From positions 480 through 64,479 of the forward strand of contig CAZOVA010000001.1 of NCBI GenBank assembly GCA_964583625.1: a stretch of DNA of 64,000 bases. The letters run 5' to 3'. Source of the stretch: an uncultured Pseudomonadales bacterium (GTDB taxonomy: Bacteria; Patescibacteriota; Microgenomatia; UBA1400; PJMF01). Both the position numbers and the translations under genes were made by a program. The notes beneath the pieces are model-generated. The model saw only the letters and a list, made by a program, of their open reading frames with translations, had not been told where the DNA came from and made no database searches. This document shows positions 28,985-37,746 of the stretch, piece after piece; the first letter of the stretch is position 1; each line of letters begins with the position of its first letter.

Positions 28985-30414
28985 AATTAAGTAAAACTCA
29001 ACAGAGAAAGCTTCTTTCTCTAGAGGATAAGAGAATTCTGATTCTGGGAGCGGGAAGAGAGGGTCTTTCAAACTACCTTTTTTTAAGAAAAGTTTTTCCT
29101 CAAAAAGAACTGACTTTAGCTGATAGGATTCCTCAAAAAAACCTTAATGCTCAGTGGAAAAAGATTTTTGCTCAAGACTTTAGACTAAAAAAGCAACTAG
29201 GAGCAGAAAATTATCTGGAAAACTTATCAGCTTTCGATCTTATTTTTCTCACACCAGGCATTCCTCCAGCCCTTGATCAATTAGTCAAGGCTAAAAATCT
29301 TGGAGTTAAATTTTCCTCTAACACTGAACTTTTTCTAAAATTAGTAAAAGGTAAGACTATTGGCGTAACTGGAACCAAAGGGAAAAGCACCACTAGCAGT
29401 TTAATTGCTCACGTTTTACGTCAGGGAGGCAAAAAAACTCAGTTAGTGGGGAATATCGGGGCTCCTGCTTTGGACTTTCTCTCTCAAGTTGACAGTAAAA
29501 CCTATATTGTTTTAGAAATGTCCGCTCAACAATTACAAGCTCTTAAACAGAGCCCAAATTATGCGGTAGTACAAAATATTACTTCAGAGCATCTTGATTA
29601 TTTCAATGATAATCAAGCCTATATTGAAGCCAAAACTCCAATTTGTCGTTTTCAAAAACCAAAAGACTTCTTTATTTATAGCGATGAATTCAAAACCTCG
29701 AACTATTTTTCTACCCTCACTAAGGCAAAAAAACTTTGTTTTGGCCTTAAGAATGAGCCTGGACATCTGGCTTTTACTGAGGGAAAGGCAGTTTTTTATC
29801 GCGGCAAAGATGAGTCTCTTCCTGTTTCCCTTGCTGCTATTAAAAAAATTAAACTAATGGGTAAACACAATCTCTACAATATTTTTCCTGCAATTCTAAT
29901 TGCTAAAAGTTTGAAGATTACAAACGAACAAATAGAGTCTGCTTTATATAGTTTTACTCCTTTAAGACACCGTTTAGAGTATGCTTGTACAGTAAATGAT
30001 GTTTCATATTATAATGATAGTCTTTCAACCAATCCACAAGCCGCCATTGCTGCTTTAAAGGTTTTTGCTAAAAAAGACATCATCTTAATGGCGGGAGGTT
30101 ATGAAAGACATCAAGATTTTACCAAGTTTGCTCAGGCAATTCTAAAATATAAGGTTCATGTCGTTATCTTGTTCCCCACCACTGGAAAAAGAATTAAAAA
30201 AAATATTATTGATTTAGCGATTAAAAAAAAGCTTCTCGTTCCTAAGTTTTTTTCTGTTAATAGTATGCAAGAAGCAGTTTCCTTAGCTCATCGGGAAGCC
30301 AAACCTAAAGATATAGTCCTATTAAGCCCTGGGGCAGCTAGTTTTGACATCTTCAAAGACTATGCTGACAGAGGAGACCAATTTTGCCAATTGGCAAAAA
30401 GTTTGTTAAAATAA
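28978..30414 (+). CDS. murD: UDP-MurNAc-L-Ala:glutamate ligase (likely MurD2-type given the murL linkage)
   Basis: ILGAGREG, TPGIP, GVTGTKGKSTT, GNIG, EMSAQQL, EHLDY, HRLE, YNDS and LLSPGAASFD.F..Y..RG. Confidence 0.92.
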   Translation: MLKLSKTQQRKLLSLEDKRILILGAGREGLSNYLFLRKVFPQKELTLADRIPQKNLNAQWKKIFAQDFRLKKQLGAENYLENLSAFDLIFLTPGIPPALDQLVKAKNLGVKFSSNTELFLKLVKGKTIGVTGTKGKSTTSSLIAHVLRQGGKKTQLVGNIGAPALDFLSQVDSKTYIVLEMSAQQLQALKQSPNYAVVQNITSEHLDYFNDNQAYIEAKTPICRFQKPKDFFIYSDEFKTSNYFSTLTKAKKLCFGLKNEPGHLAFTEGKAVFYRGKDESLPVSLAAIKKIKLMGKHNLYNIFPAILIAKSLKITNEQIESALYSFTPLRHRLEYACTVNDVSYYNDSLSTNPQAAIAALKVFAKKDIILMAGGYERHQDFTKFAQAILKYKVHVVILFPTTGKRIKKNIIDLAIKKKLLVPKFFSVNSMQEAVSLAHREAKPKDIVLLSPGAASFDIFKDYADRGDQFCQLAKSLLK

Positions 30415-30419
30415 TCCTC

Positions 30420-31784
30420 ATGACCAAAGTTCCAAAAGAGATAGAAAAATCCAAAGAGAAAAAAGTCCATAATTGGGCTGGAATTATTTACACTTTGCTT
30501 TCAGCAATTATTATCATTCTCGGAACTTTTATTGCCATTCGCTGGGCCAAAGGAGACTTTCGTCTTGATGAAAGCAGCCAGGTTTTATCAAGAGAAACAG
30601 GCCTTTTGCATGCTACTTCTACTCCGCAAGGCGCCCAAGTTTATATCAATGATATCCTCACCTCTGCCACTGACAACATCATTTATCTAGCTCCTGGAGA
30701 GTATAATATTAGAATTCAAAAGGATGGCTACAGTCCCTGGGTTAAAAAAATAAAAATAGAAAAATCTCTAGTTTCTGCAGCTAATGCTATTCTTTTTCCT
30801 TACTCCCCTAGCTTGACTAGCCTTACTTTTACTGGGGTAAAAAACATTTCCGTCTCTCCTAATAAACAAAAGTTAATTTTTTATACTGACAATATTAGCG
30901 CCAAAAACAAAAACGGTCTTTATTTACTTGACTTGAGTAATAGTTCTAAAAGTCCGACCCAAATTACCGACAATGATCAAGAGTTCTCTCTAGAAGAGGC
31001 TAAATTTATTTGGTCTCCAGACAGTAATCAGGTTTTAGTTTTTTCTCCAGAAAGAACTTTTTTATTAAATGTTCATAGCTATACAGCTCTCCAAAGTTCT
31101 CCGAGTGTCGCTTTTCAACTTTCGAATATTCTCTTTGGCTGGGAAGAAGAAATTTTAGCAAAAGAGAAACAATACCTAGAAAAAATCCCCAAGATTGCTC
31201 TCCAAACTATTCTCAATCAAGGAGTGGACTTTTATCTTTCCAATGATAATCAAAAATTACTTTATACTGCCACTGGTTCTGCTGTTTTAGCGGAAAATTT
31301 GATAGCCCCTCTCCCCGCTTCCAATAATTATCCAGAAAAAAGAATCTTTTCTCCTGGAGAAGTATATGTCTATGATAGTTATGAAGATAAAAACTTCCTT
31401 CTTGATCAAGAATCTAGTCAATCAGGGAAGCATTTATTAACTGCTGTCCAAAACTTGACGCCAATGATTACTAAACCAGTTTTAGGTAAATCTTTACAAG
31501 TAAAAAATAATCAAAATCAGACTATTGAGAATTTCAACCATTATTATGGAGACTATCGGACCAAGGGTTGGCAGTGGTTGCCAAATTCTACTCATTTAGT
31601 AAAAATAAAAGAGGATAAAGTGGTGATTACCAGTTACGATAGTACTAATCCTACCGTCATTTATTCTGGAGACTTAAAAGACAACTTTGTTTTACCCTAT
31701 CCAGATGGAAATAAAGTTTTGATTTTAACTTCCTTTACCCCAGACTCGCCTGCTAATATTTATGCTATTGAATTAAAAAAATAA
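30420..31784 (+). CDS. PEGA-domain membrane protein with beta-propeller-like repeats
   Basis: N-terminal TM, STPQGAQVYIND, LAPGEYNIRIQKDGYSPW and WSPD repeats. Confidence 0.8.
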   Translation: MTKVPKEIEKSKEKKVHNWAGIIYTLLSAIIIILGTFIAIRWAKGDFRLDESSQVLSRETGLLHATSTPQGAQVYINDILTSATDNIIYLAPGEYNIRIQKDGYSPWVKKIKIEKSLVSAANAILFPYSPSLTSLTFTGVKNISVSPNKQKLIFYTDNISAKNKNGLYLLDLSNSSKSPTQITDNDQEFSLEEAKFIWSPDSNQVLVFSPERTFLLNVHSYTALQSSPSVAFQLSNILFGWEEEILAKEKQYLEKIPKIALQTILNQGVDFYLSNDNQKLLYTATGSAVLAENLIAPLPASNNYPEKRIFSPGEVYVYDSYEDKNFLLDQESSQSGKHLLTAVQNLTPMITKPVLGKSLQVKNNQNQTIENFNHYYGDYRTKGWQWLPNSTHLVKIKEDKVVITSYDSTNPTVIYSGDLKDNFVLPYPDGNKVLILTSFTPDSPANIYAIELKK

Positions 31785-32029
31785 TTTGTCGAGATGTTCG
31801 GACTGATATTAAACTTCCTGAGTGTCTAGACACTATCACAGCCAACCAAGAAATGGGCAAAAACTAGAAGCAATTAGAGATCAGAGACTCTTAATGAGAA
31901 TGAAGGACTTGGTTTTAAAATTTAATAGATTGCTAATAATCTGCGGTTTAGAAGAAATCTGATCTTTCTTTTACCGGAGGCTTTTGATAGTCTATAATAG
32001 ACATTATTAACACATAAGAGGGGTTAAAA

Positions 32030-32639
32030 ATGAAAGAAGTAATGACAACTCAGCCAATAACAATTGAACAATTTTCTACTCAATTTGAAGAGATTGAGGG
32101 ACAAGCGGAGCAACTTAAAGCGGTTGTTTCTAGAATTAAGGAAATCCCTTGGGGTAAAGGTAGAACTTGTGAAGAGGTTTTGACAAAAAAATGTTGGAAC
32201 TTGTACAGGTAAGCATAAGTTGTTGGAAGCGGTGCTTGATCGCTTGAATATTCCCCACGAAAGTGTGGTCAGTACTTTTCGTTGGGAAAAACAAGGATTG
32301 GTATTACCTGACAATCTCCAGTCAATATTGGGTGAGGGTGGCTGGGAACATGGTCATAATTGGGTAAAAATTACTGACCCAGAAAATCAATTTGATATAG
32401 ACTTAACTTGGGATAGTCCAATGGCACCTTATGGCTTTCTGGTTTTACCAGATGAATGGGACGGAAAATCATCATTTATTGGTTTGAAAAGTTATGAACA
32501 GAGGTGGAATGGTGTTAGTATTGATCAAATGAAGGAGCAGTTGATTGGTAATTTAACAACAGAACAAAGAGAGAGAAGAGAAAGATTTGTAGAGAATTTA
32601 ATTGAATGGTCTAATGAACTGCATCGGGGCAAAAAATAA
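32030..32639 (+). pseudogene. Transglutaminase-like (Cys-His-Asp) protein gene split by a 1-nt frameshift
   Basis: Removing one A from A7 at 32185-32191 joins the two track ORFs into ...LTKNVGTCTGKHKLLEAVL...HNWV...IDLTWD. Confidence 0.7.
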
Positions 32640-32762
32640 TTTTTGTAGTGTTGGACTTCAATCTGGTAACCGGACCCTGACCATAAAGGACGAGAAGGTG
32701 GTTTAATGTCAACTAAATCCGATGATGGAGAAAGGGCTAAAACCTACCTCTGTCCTATTAAG

Positions 32763-32835
32763 TCGGAGTGACAGGACTCGAACCTGCGGCCTCTGCGTTC
32801 CGAACACAGCGCGCTACCATCTGCGCTACACTCCG
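32763..32835 (-). tRNA. tRNA-Pro (CGG)
   Basis: cggagtg/cactccg acceptor stem, ctgtg-ttCGGaa-cgcag anticodon arm, ggttcgagtcc; CCA not encoded. Confidence 0.95.
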
Positions 32836-32885
32836 ATTTTATTGAATTATAACACTTGGATTTTATAAATTAAGAAAATTATCGG

Positions 32886-32957
32886 TACTCCTACCAGGAA
32901 TCGAACCTGGATTTGCCGCTTAGGAGGCAGCCGTTCTGTCCGTTGAACTATAGGAGT
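32886..32957 (-). tRNA. tRNA-Arg (CCU)
   Basis: actccta/taggagt acceptor stem, gctgc-ctCCTaa-gcggc anticodon arm, ggttcgattcc. Confidence 0.93.
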
Positions 32958-33396
32958 AATATTCTTCCCACAAATCTTTAATCGTAGCAAAATCGCGATC
33001 AAAATAAGAGTGTCTGTTTTTCGGCAGATGACCTAAGTCAAACCATCCAGAATCAATCATCTTCTCTGGCTCACAAATTTTAACTGTTTTTGGATCGACC
33101 TTGACTAAATAGGTGAAAATCAGCCAGTGAGTTTTCCGCTCGCCTATTTCTCTAATAGCATTTACTAAGCCGCCGGCGCGATACTCTAGGGGCTCACAGC
33201 CATATTCTTCTTTTAGCTCTCGTAATAAACACTGTTCTGGAGATTCGCCAAACCTCAAAGCTCCTCCACAGTTATCCCATTTATTCCACTCATCACGACA
33301 CTTAGGTCCCCTTTTGTTAAGAAAAAGCTTGCCTTCTCCATCATGGCAGACAGCACAAGTCCCCACACCAATATAGTCTAAACCAGGCTCAAACAT
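32920..33396 (-). CDS. NUDIX hydrolase
   Basis: Nudix box GGALRFGESPEQCLLRELKEEYG; ATG 33396; 3' end overlaps tRNA-Arg. Confidence 0.9.
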   Translation of the reverse strand: MFEPGLDYIGVGTCAVCHDGEGKLFLNKRGPKCRDEWNKWDNCGGALRFGESPEQCLLRELKEEYGCEPLEYRAGGLVNAIREIGERKTHWLIFTYLVKVDPKTVKICEPEKMIDSGWFDLGHLPKNRHSYFDRDFATIKDLWEEYYSYSSTDRTAAS

Positions 33397-33475
33397 CAAC
33401 TAAATTATATCACGCTATGAACAGAATTCTAAACCTATAAGATAAGTTCCTTTAAATTTAACATTTAATATCAGT

Positions 33476-33552
33476 TATAATGGCGGTATTGTTCTCTGGC
33501 ACATTTGCTCGAGACGATCTTTGAAAACGGTTTTGCACAAGCAGAAAGGAGG
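33476..33552 (+). promoter_or_regulatory. -10 (TATAAT 33476-33481), boxA-like GATCTTTGAAAA (33516-33527) and SD AGGAGG leader
   Basis: Read directly from the sequence. Confidence 0.6.
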
Positions 33553-33557
33553 AGAAA

Positions 33558-33938
33558 ATGAAAGCAGTTCCTAGATTGGTTATCTCTCGTCTTCAAACTC
33601 ACATCTTGACTAACAAATATCTCTCGCCTATCAGACTCCCTGAAAACACCCTCGTGGAAAGCATGCCCGACCTGGCTCCGTCAGGATCTATTTGGTGCCC
33701 ATTTAAGAATTTCGTCCTCGAGTCTAGAGATTACGACGCGATTGTCGAATTCATGCATCTGGGCATTAAAAAAGGTTTGGTTTTTTTCAACGAAGAAAAC
33801 ACCCATCAGTCTTCAGCCAAGAACTTAGTCCTTGAGTCTAGAGACTACAATGAAATTGTGGAGTTGATTCGATCAGATATCAGGAAAGGTTTGATTAATT
33901 TTAACAAAGAAAGTGCTGAAGACATTTGTGTTGGCTAG
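33558..33938 (+). CDS. Hypothetical protein with two 38-aa internal repeats
   Basis: Strong SD, own promoter and terminator; KNFVLESRDY..IVE / KNLVLESRDY..IVE. Confidence 0.75.
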   Translation: MKAVPRLVISRLQTHILTNKYLSPIRLPENTLVESMPDLAPSGSIWCPFKNFVLESRDYDAIVEFMHLGIKKGLVFFNEENTHQSSAKNLVLESRDYNEIVELIRSDIRKGLINFNKESAEDICVG

Positions 33939-33955
33939 TACAAAACCGCTTCCCT

Positions 33956-33983
33956 CCCCCGCCTGAAAGGCGGGGGCTTTTTT
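33956..33983 (+). terminator. Intrinsic terminator
   Basis: cccccgcct-gaa-aggcggggg followed by a T-tract. Confidence 0.9.
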
Positions 33984-33984
33984 G

Positions 33985-34056
33985 TGCTTCTGGCGGGAAT
34001 CGAACCCACATCAAAGGTTCCGGAAACCTTCGTGCTATCCTTTGCACCACAGAAGC
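33985..34056 (-). tRNA. tRNA-Arg (CCG)
   Basis: gcttctg/cagaagc acceptor stem, aaggt-ttCCGga-acctt anticodon arm, ggttcgattcc. Confidence 0.95.
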
Positions 34057-34082
34057 GACTCAAGATAAACTTGAGTTAGTTT

Positions 34083-34553
34083 TTAAGCAATCTCGTAGTC
34101 GGCGTAGATAACACTATCAATGACGCTTTTGTAAGAAAAAAGTTCGTTTTCATCAAAAACAATGTCAATTTCTCTTTGGGCGTCTTCAATCTTAGCAGAG
34201 GCGTGAATAAGGTTGTACTGCTGGCTCATACCAAAGTCCCCTCTGATAGAACCGCCTTCAGCCTCTCGGCCAGAAGTGGTACCAATTAGCTTCCTCACGA
34301 CTATAACGGCATCAACTCCCTCCCAGACCATGGCTACAATCGGCATAGTTTCCATAAAAGCTTTCAAGTCATTAAAAAAACTTTTTTCTTTATGTTCTAT
34401 GTACCAATCCGAAAGCATTTCATCGCTCATATTGAGCATCTTCATGCCAACCAGCTTCAAACCTTTCCGCTCAAAACGAGAAATAATCTCGCCAATCAAT
34501 CCTCTTTGTAAACCATCTGGCTTCACTAAAACCGCTGTTCTTTGTGGTTTCAT
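34083..34553 (-). CDS. ndk: Nucleoside diphosphate kinase
   Basis: VKPDGLQRGLIGEIISRFERKG, GSIRGDFG and NLIHAS. Confidence 0.97.
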   Translation of the reverse strand: MKPQRTAVLVKPDGLQRGLIGEIISRFERKGLKLVGMKMLNMSDEMLSDWYIEHKEKSFFNDLKAFMETMPIVAMVWEGVDAVIVVRKLIGTTSGREAEGGSIRGDFGMSQQYNLIHASAKIEDAQREIDIVFDENELFSYKSVIDSVIYADYEIA

Positions 34554-34572
34554 TTTTTCCTTTCTATAAAAA

Positions 34573-35871
34573 TTAAACTTTAATTAAACTCCTTATTTCT
34601 TTCTCAGTTTGCTGATCAATTTGACCAATAACCGATAAGCGTAGCTCCTTGCTTTTCACTAACTCTTTGGCTAAATCCTTCACCTGTGTTAAGTTAACTT
34701 TTTTCAGAGACTTAAGTTTGTCCTGGACTGTCTGCACTCTGCCTGTCAGTATCTGTCTTAAACCATAGCTTATCGCCAAACTATGAGTGCTCTCCTGGGC
34801 TAAAACTAAATTCCCAGCTAAATAGTTTTTTGCTTTGTCTAGTTCTTCCTCAGTCACCGCTAGCCGCCCTTCACTTAAGGCCTCAAACTGGTCAATCGTA
34901 ACCCGCAAAGCTTCACTCACTTTACTAGGATTTACCCCGGCTACTGCGCCAAAAAATCCAGCATCAGCAAAGGCCTCTACTTGACTATTAATATAGTAAC
35001 ACAGGCCCCTTTGCTCTCTGACTTGGAGAAATAAGCGAGAGCTCATATTCCCTCCCACAATCGTCGAGAGTAATGATAGCACGTCTTCTCTAGGATCAAA
35101 GATGTTAAGTCCGGGCCAGCCAAGAATAAAATGAATTTGCTCAGTTTTTTTACGGTATAAATTTATCTTTTCCCCATAAATAAAGTTTTTTTGCCAAGTC
35201 TCCTGGTGTTGAGGGATCTTTATTTTAGGCTCTGTTTTAAAAGGAAAATTTTCTAAGATTTTTTCTCCTAAATCTGGACTTTCAACTATTGCTTTTTTAC
35301 CAGCTACGACTATCAATATGTTGCCAGCCTGGTACCAAGAATCCATAAAATTGAAAAAGTCTTTTTGTTTAAAGCTGGCGACTGTCTCTTTTTTTCCCAA
35401 AATATTATGAGCTAAACCACTGCCCTGATAAAACATTTCGTTAAAAAGAATCGTATTGTAGCTGGCAGGCTGATCTTCATACATATGCATTTCCTCTAAA
35501 ATAACTCCTTTTTCTTTCTCGATCTCTTGAGGAAGAATTAAAGGTTGAGTGATCAATTGACCAAGCACTTTAAGATTCAAATCTAAATGGGTGGCCGCAC
35601 TCCGAATATAAAAGGCGGTCGCTTCCTCTGAGGTAAAAGCATTAAACTGAGCTCCAATGCTGTCTACTGTTTCCGACAATATTTTGGTGTTGGGGTAAAT
35701 TTTTGTTCCCTTAAAAACCATATGCTCTAAAAAGTGGGCTAGGCCATACTGGTTAAATTTCTCATATCGAGAGCCCGTTTTAACCAAAACAACAGTTGAA
35801 ACTGATTCAATACCCGATACCGCGATACGAAGTAGTTTTACTCCATTCTTTAGCTCTTCTATTTGATACAT
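34573..35871 (-). CDS. M16 (pitrilysin) family zinc peptidase
   Basis: GLAHFLEHMVFKGT, NAFTS and SSRLF..VREQRGLCY. Confidence 0.95.
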   Translation of the reverse strand: MYQIEELKNGVKLLRIAVSGIESVSTVVLVKTGSRYEKFNQYGLAHFLEHMVFKGTKIYPNTKILSETVDSIGAQFNAFTSEEATAFYIRSAATHLDLNLKVLGQLITQPLILPQEIEKEKGVILEEMHMYEDQPASYNTILFNEMFYQGSGLAHNILGKKETVASFKQKDFFNFMDSWYQAGNILIVVAGKKAIVESPDLGEKILENFPFKTEPKIKIPQHQETWQKNFIYGEKINLYRKKTEQIHFILGWPGLNIFDPREDVLSLLSTIVGGNMSSRLFLQVREQRGLCYYINSQVEAFADAGFFGAVAGVNPSKVSEALRVTIDQFEALSEGRLAVTEEELDKAKNYLAGNLVLAQESTHSLAISYGLRQILTGRVQTVQDKLKSLKKVNLTQVKDLAKELVKSKELRLSVIGQIDQQTEKEIRSLIKV

Positions 35872-35895
35872 TAAAATATCTTTCTTTATAACAAT

Positions 35896-37680
35896 CTACA
35901 TTTTAGTTGGTATTTGTATACCAAGAATATATAAACCTCTAGTTAAGATAATTTCTACTACTTTTGTTAGGCCTAAGCGTAAGTCGTTTTCACTGATTTT
36001 TTCTTGATTATAGAAATTATTAAAAATCTGTGCCAATTCATAAAGATAGCTTGCTAGCCAATGAAGTGATAAACTTTTTGTCGACTGACAAATAACCTCT
36101 TCATAACTTAAAATTTTATTTAATAGAGCCATTTCAGTTGACGACCATTGATTTTGAAACAAAGAGGTTTTTATCTCCAATAAATTAGACTCCTTATTAT
36201 CCTCTTTCCAGGCAAAAAGCTTAACAAAGGGCTTATTTTCGTCTTTTTTAAGAATACTGCGAGCTCTCACCACTGTATATTGTAAATAAGGACCAGAATT
36301 CCCCCGCAAATTAAGCATCTCTTCCAAATTAAATTCGATATCATTAAGCGCTTCTCTAGAAAGATCTTGCCATTTCAAAGCTCCCATAGCAATGGTGTTA
36401 TTATCTTCTAAAGAAAGTTCTGGATTTAAGTTTTTGACTTTCTGTTCAACCAAACCAATGATTTCTTCCAACCAAACCACCTCCCCCTTACGGGTAGACA
36501 TTTTTTTGTCTTTGAAACGATATAATCCATGGGCTAAATGAATCCTTTGACCTGGCTTAAACCAGCCAAGCATTTCTTCTGTTTGATAAAGTTGTCTAAA
36601 ATATAGTTGCTGCTCTTTTCCTACTTCATTAATGATAATCAGATCAGGACCATACTTTTCCAGACGAAATTTATCAATTGCCAAATCCCTAGTGGCATAA
36701 ATACTCGCTCCATCTTTTTTGACAATTATTAATGGGGGCAACTTCTTCTCTGGAGGGAATTCAATTATTTTTGCTCCCTGGCTTTCCGTCAGAAGGTTTT
36801 TATTTACCAGTTCTTCGATTATTTGGTCGCTTAATCTAGCAGCAAAACTTTCGCCAAAGCCCTTACCCTCATTTTCACTAAATTGAACAAATAATTTGCT
36901 ATAAATTTTGTTAAATTCTTTTAATGATACATCAACAATATCTTTCCACATTGATAAATAATGATGATCATTTTTTTCTAATTTAGCAAAAATTCCTCTA
37001 GCTTCTTCTTCTAAATTGGGTTCCTTTTCTACCTCTCGATGAAATTTTATATATAATTCCACAAGCTTTTTTATCGGCTCTTCATTACTAATAATTTCCT
37101 CGAGGTTGCTCCATTTCTCGATAGCTAAAAGCTGTTTACCAAACTGCGTTCCCCAGTCACCTAAATGATTGTCTCTTTCTACTTTATAACCGCTTTCCTC
37201 AAGTAAATTAGCAATTCCGGCCCCAATTATTGTTGAGCGTAAGTGCCCGATAGTAAAGGGTTTAGCAATATTTGGAGAAGAAAATTCTACTATCACTCTC
37301 CTTTCTTGACCTAAATCAACTTTGGAGGCCTGATTAGAGGTCAAGATCTGCCAAAATCGTTCGATTTTAGGTGCAAGCTTAAGATGAAAATTAATAAATC
37401 CAGATCCGGCAACCTCAATTTTTTCAACTAAGTCCTTCAGTTCTCCATCTTTTTGTAGTTGAAAAACTATTTTCTCTGCTAAATCATGACTGTTGTCTGC
37501 CAAATTCAGAGTTTTTGCCTGCAAATACAGCTCTAAAGCAAGATTGGTAGCTAAATCACCAAATTCTGGCTTTGGAGGCTTTTCCAGGCTAAAGGCAAAG
37601 TCACTCTCTAGCTTTTGCCCAAGAAGTAAACTTGCTGTATCAAGTAAAGAACTCCTAATCTTTTCTTTTATAAACTTCAT
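35896..37680 (-). CDS. argS: Arginine-tRNA ligase
   Basis: FGDLATN, EFSSPNIAKPFTIGHLRS, GDWGTQFG, KMSTRKG and GPYLQY. Confidence 0.97.
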   Translation of the reverse strand: MKFIKEKIRSSLLDTASLLLGQKLESDFAFSLEKPPKPEFGDLATNLALELYLQAKTLNLADNSHDLAEKIVFQLQKDGELKDLVEKIEVAGSGFINFHLKLAPKIERFWQILTSNQASKVDLGQERRVIVEFSSPNIAKPFTIGHLRSTIIGAGIANLLEESGYKVERDNHLGDWGTQFGKQLLAIEKWSNLEEIISNEEPIKKLVELYIKFHREVEKEPNLEEEARGIFAKLEKNDHHYLSMWKDIVDVSLKEFNKIYSKLFVQFSENEGKGFGESFAARLSDQIIEELVNKNLLTESQGAKIIEFPPEKKLPPLIIVKKDGASIYATRDLAIDKFRLEKYGPDLIIINEVGKEQQLYFRQLYQTEEMLGWFKPGQRIHLAHGLYRFKDKKMSTRKGEVVWLEEIIGLVEQKVKNLNPELSLEDNNTIAMGALKWQDLSREALNDIEFNLEEMLNLRGNSGPYLQYTVVRARSILKKDENKPFVKLFAWKEDNKESNLLEIKTSLFQNQWSSTEMALLNKILSYEEVICQSTKSLSLHWLASYLYELAQIFNNFYNQEKISENDLRLGLTKVVEIILTRGLYILGIQIPTKM

Positions 37681-37746
37681 CTTAAAACCTTCTTTTATCA
37701 GTATTATATCAGTTTTTGGGTCTTGAAAAGAAGAGCTTTTTATGTT

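Noticed and set aside
33430-33457. dif-like taaacctataa-gataag-ttcctttaaat
   Set aside because: The right arm misses the conserved TTATG core (8/11); plausible by chance in AT-rich DNA.
32763-34056. tRNAs lacking encoded CCA
   Set aside because: Common in bacteria with a CCA-adding enzyme; the stems are intact.
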